DNA of 64,000 nt from NCBI GenBank assembly GCA_030264375.1, contig JASCQW010000043.1:83800036-83864035 (forward strand), written 5' to 3'. The stretch comes from Carcharhinus longimanus. Lineage: Eukaryota. The position numbers were made by a program, and so were the translations under genes. The notes beneath the pieces are model-generated. The model was not told where the DNA came from. It saw only the letters and a list, made by a program, of their open reading frames with translations, and searched no databases. This document shows positions 56,401 to 63,247 of this stretch, piece by piece (positions within the stretch are counted from its first letter, which is position 1; every line of letters starts with the position of its first letter).

Positions 56401-59400
56401 CTTTGTGGAGCATAAACACACTTGAGCTGAAATAACCTGTCTTTGTACTGTAAATACCATGACTGTCATAGCTTTCCTCATGATTCCCCCTGCAAATTCC
56501 CAACCATTGGCTGTCTGATTCTGGCATTAACCTTATTTGGTTCTGATTTGTCCTTTTTCCAGGCGTTGGCTTTTTTCCTGACTGCACTGTCACCTGCAGC
56601 CCATTACTAGTCCACTGGTGACACCATGTGGGCATTGGATTTCTTTCCACATGTCTTGATACTTTATCTCTTCCCTCCCCTGTCACTCATTCCACCTGAG
56701 GCTTCATTAAATCTGTCTCAAATTCGGTTGTACCTTGAGCTTCTGATCTCATTTTCCCTTCTCCCACCTGAGGACACATCCTTGTTACATAAGCCCAGCT
56801 AATTATGTGGAGACTAGAAAGCAGCAGGAAACTTCCTGTTTTGAGCTTGGGTGTGTTCATAAGATTCACTTAATTTTATATTTTAAAAAAAAGCAAGCAA
56901 TGTTAGTGTGACGTTAGTGTTGCAACATTGTAAGCCATTACTTTAGGCATGTCTGTCATTGTTTAGATGAGGAATTAATCTAATTGGAACTAGTAAGATT
57001 TGTTGAAAACAAATGCAATATTTTTAAGGCATGTTCAGTTTTGTATAAATCAGTACACTGATTCTTATTTTGGCATCTATATTCTAGTAGAAAATCTTGC
57101 ATTCTATTCACATCTTGCAAATCTGGATTTTCAAGAATTGGATACTATATATTTCAACCACAACTTTGAGCATATCAAAAGTTGTTTAAGTGTAAGATTA
57201 GTCAAAAAACAGGAACCCCTTGTATTTTTGAATACTAGATTTGAGTTTTGCTTCATCCACTTGCATCCTCCTTATAGCAGCAGGATGAGCTGGAGAGGAT
57301 CACTGGACCAAACATGATCTGAAAGCCAGGGATATGTTGGCTTCAGAAACAATTTGACTGTTCATTGCCTAGTCTTTAAAAGGAACTGGGGGAAACTTGT
57401 TGATACAAAAAAACAAGCTCTATTAGATCAGTAGCTGACCTATCAAATAATACCAGTGAAGAATTGAATGCTGTTTAATTTTATGCCATCTTCTACAGCT
57501 TAGTGCACTGCAACCTTTTAAGACTTGTTGAATAAACTGGACTAAGGGTAAAGTTCATGATAAACAGCAGATTTTATTTCAGTTAAACGTTTCTGTATGC
57601 AACATGTTCTGTGGATGAGAACTGTCTCATCACTCAATAACCTGCTGTCCACTGTTAATTTCTGTGCACACTTCTATCTTTCACTAGTAAAAACTACATG
57701 TGGAGTGATGGAGTACAAGTGTAATGATGGACAATGTATACCTAAGAGATGGCAATGTGATGGCCAAGCTGACTGCCATGATGGTTCAGATGAGAGTGAA
57801 GAAGTTTGCTGTAAGTGCTTGTCCTNNNNNNNNNNNNNNNNNNNNNNNNNNNNNNNNNNNNNNNNNNNNNNNNNNNNNNNNNNNNNNNNNNNNNNNNNNN
57901 NNNNNNNNNNNNNNNNNNNNNNNNNTGTAAGTGCTTGTCCTTGGATCAGTTTCTTGCCTACCATAAGAACCAAATGGTAGGTTGGCTATTTGTATCTGCA
58001 TATTTAATACTTTTGGCATCTACATGGATTGTGAGCTCCATTTCCATGTGCTTTCTGAACATCATTCCTTGGTGTCTTTCCTCTCTTCTTTCTATCTCCC
58101 TACCTCTTGACATCAATCATGCTTGCCTTAGCCCTTCGTGCTTCCTCCTGTTCCTTATCTGCAACCAATTAACAGCCATATCTTTTAGTCAGCTGCTGAA
58201 TGCATTTCAATTCCTTTTAAGACCCAATCAACCAAGATTATGATTACTGATCTAAAATTGTCTCTGGCTCATTAGTATCTTGGGTTATGTTCTCTATAAT
58301 GCTAGTATCTAACAAACTCCGCTGCACCTATAACTGAAACAACAATCTGGCTTTCACAACTAGTGGAAAAAATGTCATTTTGCGGACAATGTTTGTTCCC
58401 TCCATAACTGGAGGGACAATTGTGTGCTTGGAGGCAGGGGCACAGTATAGTGTTTGAATACATGTGCACATAAGGAGCTTTCATTATATCTAATGAAATT
58501 TAGAGAATGTGAACAAAATTTTAGGAGTAGAAAGGAAGGTGAGGTCTGGCATCAGCCCAGATGTTTCCTAAACCTGGCTTGGTCATTTTCCTCCTGCAGA
58601 AACTGGTGAGGGCAAAGGACTAAAGTACTTAACTAGGGTTTGAGAGGAATAAATGGGAAGAAATAGTACTTTTAAAAGATGGAACCAGCACTGACTTTAA
58701 GAACAAATATTTGGTGTAAATTTCCTATAATTGGTTATTATTGAATCAACGCCATCCTATAGGCAAAGAAAGCTGACCACTTTAACAGAAACTTTGCTTA
58801 TTTCAGACCTGAGAAGCTGTCCCATTGAAGAAATTAAATGTGGCTCTGGATCTCATCAGTGTATTCCAGCTTCTTGGAAGTGCAATGGAATACAAGACTG
58901 CGATAATGGTGGTGATGAAGAAAACTGTAGTAAGTTTTTTTTTGTCAGGAAATTGATTTTTCTGGCCTAAGGCAAGATCTCCCACTTGGTCTGCCTGGCC
59001 CTTGCTATGTTCCCTTCAACATTCCCCCTCAATTCTTGATTCCCTGATTTGAAGCAAGATGTATTTGAACAATTTTTTTGGGTGTCCAAATGACTTCTCA
59101 CCTTCATCTAACTTTACACTAAATGGGCTGATGCTATGATGGCCACAGGTGCACAAAATCATCAGTGCTCTATTGGGCAAGCCTTTGTTCATTCAATTGG
59201 AAATGTGCAGCAGGGGGTTAAACCTATTGCTGCAACCCAAACTGCTATTGTCAACTTCCCCCAGTATTGACTGCAAGCCATGGGTGTGGCTTATCCTTCC
59301 ATTTTTAATAATGAAACACTGATCTTGATTAGGATTGATACATTTGCAAATAGGACTGAACTCCAAACAGGCAACTCTAAGAAAAAGCAATTGTGCCTCT

Positions 59401-62400
59401 TTTGAGGAAACTTGAATCCTATGATAGTGGGGAAGACTGGGCCTCAACAGAACATGTTACTGCTTCTGTATTAATAACATTGAGATTAAAAAAAAAAGTA
59501 ACTTTGCAGGCATGCAAGGCCCTGACATTGTGTGGTTCTTGTAGTCTGACCTGCCCAGATGCCCCTGACTCAAATGAGCTAGTAAACTTAATGAAAAACA
59601 CTGGAAGCCTGATGCTGCTTTTAACAGTAGGGAGAACCATTTGAGAATTGTGGCACCAAATTTCTGGCCAGTTATGAAAATTAGCAGAACATAAATTTGG
59701 ACTGCCTCTAAACAATGACAGATTGGCATGCAGCACAAATAAGAAGCTATTGGCAGAGCCCAAACTGGATTTTTAAAAAGCCATTGAAATTGACACTCTC
59801 GCTGCCAAACAAGAAAAGGGGCTTGAGCTGCTACAGGGAAGTAAATACAGATGAAGGGGCTCTTGTATCAGGAAGCAATGTTCTTTAGTCAGGGGTGAGG
59901 GGCTTAATTTAATCAGTCCTTGAGCATTTATGCAAGCAATTGGGTTAGCAGGTCACTTGCAACATCAAAGCTCTAACACCATGCAGCAGAGGCCCCAAGA
60001 GTATGGAGGAATATATTCCAGAGGGCTACAGATGGCAGGCAGTGTGTTATTGCAAGCACTGCCAAGGTGAAACTTTAGGATTAGGTAAAAATGCTTGCTG
60101 TTCAGTGAAGCAGCCAAGCCCATACCTAACTGCCATGTGGGTATACCCACTTCCAGAACTGGGCTTTACAACTGAATCTCATTTCACAATAAGGGTTGCC
60201 CCCATAGCAAAAGAACTAACGAAGAATGATCACCCCTTGAAAATGAAGGTGAACATGGGGACTGTGGCCTCCATTATCAGAAGACATCTGAGTACCTTGC
60301 AACTGGCATCCAACTTCTGAGCTTAAAGACATGAGGCCAGAATAGCCACCTACATGAGGCAACTTAATAAATGCACCACAGTCACCCTGATGACTTCCAG
60401 CCAACAATCTGCTCACCTCCCCATTTCCCAAGCCTTATGGGAAAGAGATGAGATCTTCAAGCTAGGATTGGGGGGCTGTCAGCAGATACCCTGGAGTTTT
60501 CCAAGAAGGACTGAAAAATAAAAGGGGCCAAGATCCATGTCAACCCTGATGCTAGATCAGGGCAAGACCAGTCCCAAACTACACTAGGAATGACTTGACT
60601 GTTCAGACATAAGGCCTGTGCAGTTTGCAGAATGGGCTATCCATAGTTCCATACCTGTGCCTGAGCTGGACACATTGGCCTGCCTGTAGGGGATTCAAAC
60701 TTGATAAGTATCCTCTGCCCTGAATCAAAGACCTGTTAGACATAAGCTGCACCCATATTCAGCTTGAATTGGACAAGTCACCCTGAAAGTGTGACTCAAC
60801 ATGCACAAAAGGACACTTGCTTGCACTTGAGTGTCTCATCCATGTGCACTATATTCCAAGTTATACAGAATATATCCCCAAGGGCTACTCAGTGGTGGTG
60901 TACTTGGATGATATCCTGGTGTTTTGGGATGAGAGCACCTGGCAAACTCCATTTTTGCAAGATGTCCTCCCCAAGTCACAGTAAGCTGAAAGAGGGGGAA
61001 AATGCATCTTTCAAGTGACTGAACTACCAGGAGATGGCAATTGCTTACACCCAGTAGACGATCAGGTGAAGGCTAGCATGGATGCACTGACTCCAAGGAA
61101 CAAATCAAAGTCCTTCCTGGGATTAGTAATTAGTACACAAAATTTATCCCTAACTTGGCTTCCATGCTGGTCCCCTTGTCCAACTGTGAAAATATCAAAT
61201 GTGGTCTTTGGGATTGCTTTCAACTGTTTTCATTTAACTTTTTGGCCCACTTTAACACAACACTGCATGTGACATTTCTCCATATGGGGGCAGTGCTATC
61301 TCACTGCAAGAAAGACTGGCTGGAAAAGCCCATTGCATATACATCCAAGACTCTTTCCGATGCAGAACTGGGGTATTCTCAGATCGTGTTTGGTTGTATT
61401 TGGTGTGAAAAAGTTTCTATCAATAAGCCTGGCAGACATTTCATAGTTATGGACAACAAATCTTTATTGGGACTTTAAGATTGTCTGCCTGGATACCACA
61501 TTGGGTCTTGTTATTTGCAGCCTATGAATACCTTCTAGAGCAGTGGTTCCCANNNNNNNNNNNNNNNNNNNNNNNNNNNNNNNNNNNNNNNNNNNNNNNN
61601 NNNNNNNNNNNNNNNNNNNNNNNNNNNNNNNNNNNNNNNNNNNNNNNNNNNNATGAATACCTTCTAGAGCAGTGGTTCCCAACTGGTGTGCTGTGAAGAC
61701 GACCCTTGCCCCCTCAATGTGCCACAAGTTTCCAAATTCATTAGGTGAAACTAACCTTTTTCAGTTCCATGGTTGGCATCAAAGACTTAAGCCTCCAGTG
61801 TATGTTCTGACTGGGAAGGAGCGGCACGTGTGGTTTTGTTTTTCTTTGGTCAAGCCTGTGAACATGGAGCTGAAACAGGTTCGTATACCTGCACAAAAGG
61901 CAAAAATCCTGGGAGAAGCAAGAAACAGACTTTATTTAAAGTGAAAGGACAGGAAGCTTAAGGTTTCCAGTAAGATTAAAATAGATGTGCCTCCATTTTT
62001 AAGAGGTGAATTACTGTTCTAGAGTACTGCCTTGGAATGCAGATAGCCCACGCTATCTCCATTTTGCCCATAAGCCTGACTCCTTTTACCAGGATTAGAG
62101 GTTGTGATGAAATTGTTTGGAAACAGTGTCCACAAGGCAAATTTTAAGGTTCAATCTTGTCTAAGTCTACACGGTGGGTTCAGAGGACAACCCTCAGAAT
62201 TCTATCTGAATAAGTAAAATTAGGTGGTGATGGGATCATTCTCCACAGGTCCTGAATAGTTGTCTCTTGTTCAGGGCAGCATCTGATATTGAGAACTACA
62301 CAATAGCCTCCATGGAGTATGAAAAATGCTGGTTAGCAACATGTCTGGTGGCTTGACCTTGGCTCAGACTTTGTGGTGTGCCTTATGCCAAGAGAATCAA

Positions 62401-63247
62401 AACATCCATCCCTCAGACTTAGTACATTCATGGAGTGGAGTGGCCTGGCAGGCATGGGTAACTGCATATGGACTTATGGATTACATGTTTTCAATCTTCT
62501 TGATAACTGGGTTGAAGTTGCTCTTCCCCTTTTTCAATGCAATGGAGATTGAGAATGTAGACTAGCCACTGTTTCCAGCCTGATGGTGTTTCTCCATTTT
62601 ATTATATCCTGACATTTTGTAAATGGTTAACATATTTATTAAACTGGATTTTGGCATTGGGATTTTAATTTGAATTTCATAATGGTTCTGCAATTCTGAA
62701 AGCATGAACTTTTTTCTAAAATGCCTTTTTATTCACTGTCTTTTTCAGGTCATGTTACTTGTAGTCCGGCTGAGTTCCTTTGTGCCAGTGGCAGATGCAT
62801 TTCCAAAAAATTTGTCTGCAATGGTGATGACGACTGTGGCGATGGAAGCGATGAAGAAAGCTGTGCTCCACTCTCCTGTGGCCCACATGAGTTTCAGTGC
62901 AGTAATTCTTCAGAGTGTATATCTTCACACTGGGTGTGTGACAACAATGTTGATTGTGCTGATCAGTCTGATGAAGCTCCTGACAGATGTGGACGGACAT
63001 CAGCTCCATTCGTCACCTGCTCTCCCGGTGATCTTCAGTGTGGTTNNNNNNNNNNNNNNNNNNNNNNNNNNNNNNNNNNNNNNNNNNNNNNNNNNNNNNN
63101 NNNNNNNNNNNNNNNNNNNNNNNNNNNNNNNNNNNNNNNNNNNNNCTCCCGGTGATCTTCAGTGTGGTTCCGGTGAATGTATCCACCACAAATGGTTCTG
63201 TGATGGAGATAGTGACTGCAAAGATGGAAGTGATGAAGCCAACTGTC
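490..63247 (+). CDS. VLDLR: Giant VLDLR-like lipoprotein receptor gene (partial; 52 coding exons, at least 5 tandem ectodomain units, about 2,800 aa in window; N- and C-termini outside window)
   Basis: Manual splicing of the exons listed below gives one continuous frame, and no junction codon is a stop. Peptides match VLDLR rather than LDLR/LRP1/LRP2 ([13 protein letters not shown], [13 protein letters not shown], [68 protein letters not shown]). Exon boundaries and phases follow the VLDLR/LDLR gene structure. The symbol denotes the family; this is probably a paralogue, not the canonical 1:1 orthologue. Confidence 0.85.
1706..1892 (-). mobile_element. V-SINE/HE1-like tRNA-derived SINE
   Basis: Reverse complement of the V-SINE core (gtgggaggaaaccggagcacccagagaaaacgcacgcaagcacaaggagaatgtgcaaactcc); boundaries approximate. 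Confidence 0.75.
2110..2645 (+). mobile_element. LINE 3' fragment (CR1/L2-group, shark-type)
   Basis: Decayed LINE 3' end (atgcactgcaggaactccccaagactcc...cacaccatcctgactt...cctggaactctaccctaacagc...caataaatactgg); related to the copy near 22.9-23.3 kb. Confidence 0.6.
2827..2943 (+). CDS. Unit A exon: LA7
   Basis: ggcag|...|gtaag; 117 nt; [38 protein letters not shown]. Confidence 0.92.
3023..3145 (+). CDS. Unit A exon: LA8
   Basis: accag|...|gtatg; 123 nt; [40 protein letters not shown]. Confidence 0.93.
3430..3955 (+). mobile_element. CR1 LINE 3' fragment
   Basis: Decayed CR1 ORF2/3' UTR motifs (gatgctggcctttattgaaagggg...ttcaccaactgattcctggaatgaagg...ggcagagcaggcttgaggggctgaa). Confidence 0.6.
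4278..4298. repeat. (TA)n microsatellite
   Basis: atatatatatatatatatata. Confidence 0.85.
4500..5715 (+). mobile_element. Decayed non-LTR retrotransposon RT fragment (possibly Ingi/Vingi-like)
   Basis: Degenerate RT motifs in the ORF track: [10 protein letters not shown] (YADD-like), [25 protein letters not shown]...[11 protein letters not shown]. The clade assignment is inference. Confidence 0.55.
5824..5943 (+). CDS. Unit A exon: EGF-A
   Basis: tgcag|...|gcaagt (GC donor); 120 nt; [39 protein letters not shown]. Confidence 0.92.
6019..6144 (+). CDS. Unit A exon: EGF-B (calcium-binding EGF)
   Basis: tgcag|...|gcaagt (GC donor); 126 nt; [42 protein letters not shown]. Confidence 0.92.
7055..7226 (+). 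CDS. Unit A exon: YWTD propeller exon 1
   Basis: tacag|...|gtaag; 172 nt; [51 protein letters not shown]. Confidence 0.95.
7600..7810 (-). mobile_element. V-SINE/HE1-like SINE (decayed)
   Basis: gtaggcttacattaatactgcaat...gagggagaatttagcatggccaatgcatctaacc; same family as the copies at 31.6, 33.9 and 52.1 kb. Confidence 0.65.
9137..9361 (+). CDS. Unit A exon: YWTD propeller exon 2
   Basis: tgcag|...|gtact; 225 nt; [35 protein letters not shown]. Confidence 0.94.
9837..9955 (+). CDS. Unit A exon: YWTD propeller exon 3
   Basis: ataag|...|gtaag; 119 nt; [39 protein letters not shown]. Confidence 0.94.
10033..10172 (+). CDS. Unit A exon: YWTD propeller exon 4
   Basis: cacag|...|gtaag; 140 nt; [47 protein letters not shown]. 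Confidence 0.95.
10840..10981 (+). CDS. Unit A exon: YWTD propeller exon 5
   Basis: tttag|...|gtagg; 142 nt; [47 protein letters not shown]. Confidence 0.94.
11210..11494 (-). mobile_element. V-SINE/HE1-like SINE
   Basis: tagaatcccttcagtgcagaagggg...aacctgcacatttttggagtgtgggaggaaaccc...ggaattgaactcgggtccct. Confidence 0.72.
11814..11960 (+). CDS. Unit A exon: EGF-C
   Basis: aacag|...|gtaag; 147 nt; [49 protein letters not shown]. Confidence 0.93.
13174..13299 (+). CDS. Unit B exon: LA2
   Basis: aacag|...|gtaag; 126 nt; [41 protein letters not shown]. Confidence 0.92.
13993..14332 (+). mobile_element. V-SINE/HE1-like SINE (near full length, with gap)
   Basis: tRNA-like head with A/B boxes (agcacagtggtgag...gggtttgattcctgg), core gtggagtttgcatatt...tccaaagatgtgcagtttaggttgattggccatgctaaa, and LINE-like tail gatgggctgaatggcctc. 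Confidence 0.8.
15696..15815 (+). CDS. Unit B exon: LA3
   Basis: tttag|...|gtaag; 120 nt; [39 protein letters not shown]. Confidence 0.92.
16222..16587 (+). CDS. Unit B exon: LA4-LA6
   Basis: ttcag|...|gtaag; 366 nt; [22 protein letters not shown]...[23 protein letters not shown]. Confidence 0.95.
17580..19560 (-). mobile_element. CR1 LINE fragments (ORF2 remnant)
   Basis: Minus-strand ORF 19188-19379 reads [36 protein letters not shown] (CR1 ORF2); further CR1 3' pieces at 17.6-18.8 kb. Confidence 0.75.
20400..20705 (+). mobile_element. CR1 LINE 3' fragment
   Basis: agatagtcaacatctttttcc...ggacataggtttaagg...tgagctgccagagg...ggcatggacaagttgggcc. Confidence 0.6.
20754..20879 (+). CDS. Unit B exon: LA7
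   Basis: ttcag|...|gtaag; 126 nt; [41 protein letters not shown]. Confidence 0.93.
20953..21069 (+). CDS. Unit B exon: LA8
   Basis: cctag|...|gtaag; 117 nt; [38 protein letters not shown]. Confidence 0.93.
22691..22810 (+). CDS. Unit B exon: EGF-A
   Basis: tacag|...|gtaag; 120 nt; [39 protein letters not shown]. Confidence 0.94.
22830..23290 (+). mobile_element. LINE fragment inserted in the unit B EGF-A/EGF-B intron
   Basis: Decayed LINE 3' sequence related to the 2.1-2.6 kb copy; this intron is 690 nt, against 75-77 nt in the other units. Confidence 0.55.
23501..23629 (+). CDS. Unit B exon: EGF-B
   Basis: tatag|...|gtaaa; 129 nt; [43 protein letters not shown]. Confidence 0.92.
24316..24487 (+). 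CDS. Unit B exon: YWTD propeller exon 1
   Basis: cctag|...|gtaat; 172 nt; [51 protein letters not shown]. Confidence 0.95.
24816..25040 (+). CDS. Unit B exon: YWTD propeller exon 2
   Basis: cttag|...|gtact; 225 nt; [28 protein letters not shown]. Confidence 0.94.
26225..26343 (+). CDS. Unit B exon: YWTD propeller exon 3
   Basis: caaag|...|gtaag; 119 nt; [39 protein letters not shown]. Confidence 0.93.
26419..26558 (+). CDS. Unit B exon: YWTD propeller exon 4
   Basis: cacag|...|gtaat; 140 nt; [47 protein letters not shown]. Confidence 0.94.
27692..27833 (+). CDS. Unit B exon: YWTD propeller exon 5
   Basis: ttcag|...|gtagg; 142 nt; [47 protein letters not shown]. Confidence 0.94.
28201..28341 (+). 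CDS. Unit B exon: EGF-C
   Basis: aacag|...|gtaaa; 141 nt; [47 protein letters not shown]. Confidence 0.92.
29455..29568 (+). pseudogene. Unit C LA2 pseudo-exon (inactivated)
   Basis: Homologous to the LA2 exons (CQESD...[20 protein letters not shown]). Acceptor reads caa instead of cag and donor ctaaat instead of gtaagt. Two small deletions (about 5 and 4 nt) create an in-frame TGA. Confidence 0.85.
30217..30339 (+). CDS. Unit C exon: LA3
   Basis: ttcag|...|gtagg; 123 nt; [40 protein letters not shown]. Confidence 0.94.
31024..31395 (+). CDS. Unit C exon: LA4-LA6
   Basis: ttcag|...|gtaag; 372 nt; [30 protein letters not shown]...[23 protein letters not shown]. Confidence 0.95.
31625..31875 (-). 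mobile_element. V-SINE/HE1-like SINE
   Basis: aggcttacattaacactgcaatgaagttactg...gggaagaatgtgcaaactcc...ggcagcagtgttaaccgctgccactatgctgccc. Confidence 0.78.
32108..32230 (+). CDS. Unit C exon: LA7
   Basis: ttcag|...|gtagg; 123 nt; [40 protein letters not shown]. Confidence 0.93.
32317..32433 (+). CDS. Unit C exon: LA8
   Basis: attag|...|gtaag; 117 nt; [38 protein letters not shown]. Confidence 0.92.
32665..32918 (-). mobile_element. CR1 LINE 3' end (relatively young; spans a gap)
   Basis: aagaacataagaaataggagcaggagtaggccat 3' terminus; minus-strand peptide [25 protein letters not shown]. Confidence 0.8.
33175..33248. repeat. (CT)n / pyrimidine-rich simple repeat
   Basis: ctctctccctctctctctctctctctctct...cccccccc. 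Confidence 0.8.
33865..34092 (-). mobile_element. V-SINE/HE1-like SINE
   Basis: aatgtgcaaactccacatacagtaacccaagc...gaactcaggtccctggcgctgtga. Confidence 0.72.
34629..34748 (+). CDS. Unit C exon: EGF-A
   Basis: tgtag|...|gtaag; 120 nt; [39 protein letters not shown]. Confidence 0.94.
34824..34949 (+). CDS. Unit C exon: EGF-B
   Basis: tccag|...|gtaag; 126 nt; [42 protein letters not shown]. Confidence 0.94.
35264..35435 (+). CDS. Unit C exon: YWTD propeller exon 1
   Basis: catag|...|gtaat; 172 nt; [51 protein letters not shown]. Confidence 0.95.
35726..35950 (+). CDS. Unit C exon: YWTD propeller exon 2
   Basis: tttag|...|gtaca; 225 nt; [30 protein letters not shown]. Confidence 0.94.
36418..36536 (+). 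CDS. Unit C exon: YWTD propeller exon 3
   Basis: attag|...|gttag; 119 nt; [39 protein letters not shown]. Confidence 0.93.
36614..36753 (+). CDS. Unit C exon: YWTD propeller exon 4
   Basis: tccag|...|gtgag; 140 nt; [47 protein letters not shown]. Confidence 0.94.
37297..37438 (+). CDS. Unit C exon: YWTD propeller exon 5
   Basis: tccag|...|gcaagc (GC donor); 142 nt; [47 protein letters not shown]. Confidence 0.88.
38467..38613 (+). CDS. Unit C exon: EGF-C
   Basis: ttcag|...|gtaca; 147 nt; [49 protein letters not shown]. Confidence 0.92.
39130..39252 (+). CDS. Unit D exon: LA2
   Basis: gttag|...|gtaag; 123 nt; [40 protein letters not shown]. Confidence 0.94.
39638..39760 (+). CDS. Unit D exon: LA3
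   Basis: ttcag|...|gtaat; 123 nt; [40 protein letters not shown]. Confidence 0.94.
40490..40725 (+). mobile_element. CR1 LINE 3' fragment
   Basis: gttaaaggtgagggggaaggtttaagggagatgtg...gcaggcttggagggttgaagagcctgttcctgtg. Confidence 0.65.
40740..41990 (-). mobile_element. LINE ORF2 remnant (CR1/L2 group)
   Basis: Minus-strand peptide [28 protein letters not shown] (RT N-terminal region); carries an inverted copy of an internal segment at its right end. Confidence 0.7.
43691..44056 (+). CDS. Unit D exon: LA4-LA6
   Basis: ttcag|...|gtaag; 366 nt; [30 protein letters not shown]...[23 protein letters not shown]. Confidence 0.95.
45057..45179 (+). CDS. Unit D exon: LA7
   Basis: ttcag|...|gtaag; 123 nt; [40 protein letters not shown]. 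Confidence 0.93.
45268..45384 (+). CDS. Unit D exon: LA8
   Basis: aacag|...|gtaag; 117 nt; [38 protein letters not shown]. Confidence 0.93.
46557..46673 (+). CDS. Unit D exon: EGF-A
   Basis: tccag|...|gtaag; 117 nt; [38 protein letters not shown]. Confidence 0.93.
46751..46876 (+). CDS. Unit D exon: EGF-B
   Basis: tgcag|...|gcaagt (GC donor); 126 nt; [42 protein letters not shown]. Confidence 0.92.
49224..49395 (+). CDS. Unit D exon: YWTD propeller exon 1
   Basis: aatag|...|gtaat; 172 nt; [51 protein letters not shown]. Confidence 0.95.
49911..50126 (+). CDS. Unit D exon: YWTD propeller exon 2
   Basis: tgcag|...|gtatg; 216 nt; [28 protein letters not shown]. Confidence 0.94.
52096..52345 (+). 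mobile_element. V-SINE/HE1-like SINE
   Basis: gtggcagtagttagcactgctaccttacagcaccagg...ggtttgattcctggcttgg...gtggagtttgtaca...ttcattgcaatgttaatgtgagcct. Confidence 0.78.
52536..52654 (+). CDS. Unit D exon: YWTD propeller exon 3
   Basis: taaag|...|gtgag; 119 nt; [39 protein letters not shown]. Confidence 0.94.
52731..52870 (+). CDS. Unit D exon: YWTD propeller exon 4
   Basis: catag|...|gtaaa; 140 nt; [47 protein letters not shown]. Confidence 0.94.
53092..53245 (-). mobile_element. SINE 3' fragment
   Basis: catagaatcc...cagtacagaagagg...aagggcaatttagcatggccaatccacctaacc. Confidence 0.65.
53931..54075 (+). CDS. Unit D exon: YWTD propeller exon 5 (contains a 10-N gap)
   Basis: ttcag|GATCAT-N10-...|gtagg; DH...[43 protein letters not shown]. 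The paralogous exons are 142 nt, so the gap is probably about 7 nt. Confidence 0.88.
55207..55356 (+). CDS. Unit D exon: EGF-C
   Basis: tccag|...|gtaag; 150 nt; [50 protein letters not shown]. Confidence 0.94.
55700..56460 (+). mobile_element. CR1 LINE remnant (highly decayed)
   Basis: gtaatatacttggattctcaaaaggccttc (VIYLDFQKAF-like RT motif) and a CR1-like 3' end near 56.4 kb. Confidence 0.6.
57688..57810 (+). CDS. Unit E exon: LA2
   Basis: actag|...|gtaag; 123 nt; [40 protein letters not shown]. Confidence 0.93.
58807..58929 (+). CDS. Unit E exon: LA3
   Basis: ttcag|...|gtaag; 123 nt; [40 protein letters not shown]. Confidence 0.93.
59340..62580 (+). mobile_element. Decayed Ty3/Gypsy LTR retrotransposon internal region (gag-pol remnant)
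   Basis: Motifs occur in Gypsy order: gag-like [11 protein letters not shown] (about 59.4 kb), RT YLDDILV (60901-60921), RNase [22 protein letters not shown] (about 61.3 kb) and integrase zinc-finger-like CALCQEN (about 62.4 kb). Many frameshifts; no LTRs identified. Confidence 0.8.
62749..63247 (+). CDS. Unit E exon: LA4-LA6 (interrupted by a false 100-N gap)
   Basis: ttcag|...|gtaag. The 24 nt ctcccggtgatcttcagtgtggtt occur on both sides of the gap; collapsing them gives a 375-nt in-frame exon [23 protein letters not shown]...[23 protein letters not shown]. Confidence 0.9.

Noticed and set aside
63022-63169. Apparent intron or duplication inside the unit E LA4-6 exon
   Set aside because: An identical 24-mer flanks both sides of a 100-N gap, which indicates overlapping contig ends. 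Collapsing it restores a normal in-frame exon.
490-63247. LRP1, LRP1B or LRP2 (megalin) as the identity of this multi-cluster gene
   Set aside because: Every cluster has the same VLDLR exon set (7 LA, 2 EGF, 1 propeller, 1 EGF) and VLDLR-specific peptides. LRP1 and LRP2 have unequal clusters and runs of consecutive propellers.
490-63247. A cluster of separate VLDLR genes or pseudogenes, or an assembly-duplicated gene
   Set aside because: No terminal or initial exons were found between units, the frame is continuous, only one exon is damaged, and the units are too diverged (introns unalignable) to be haplotype duplicates.
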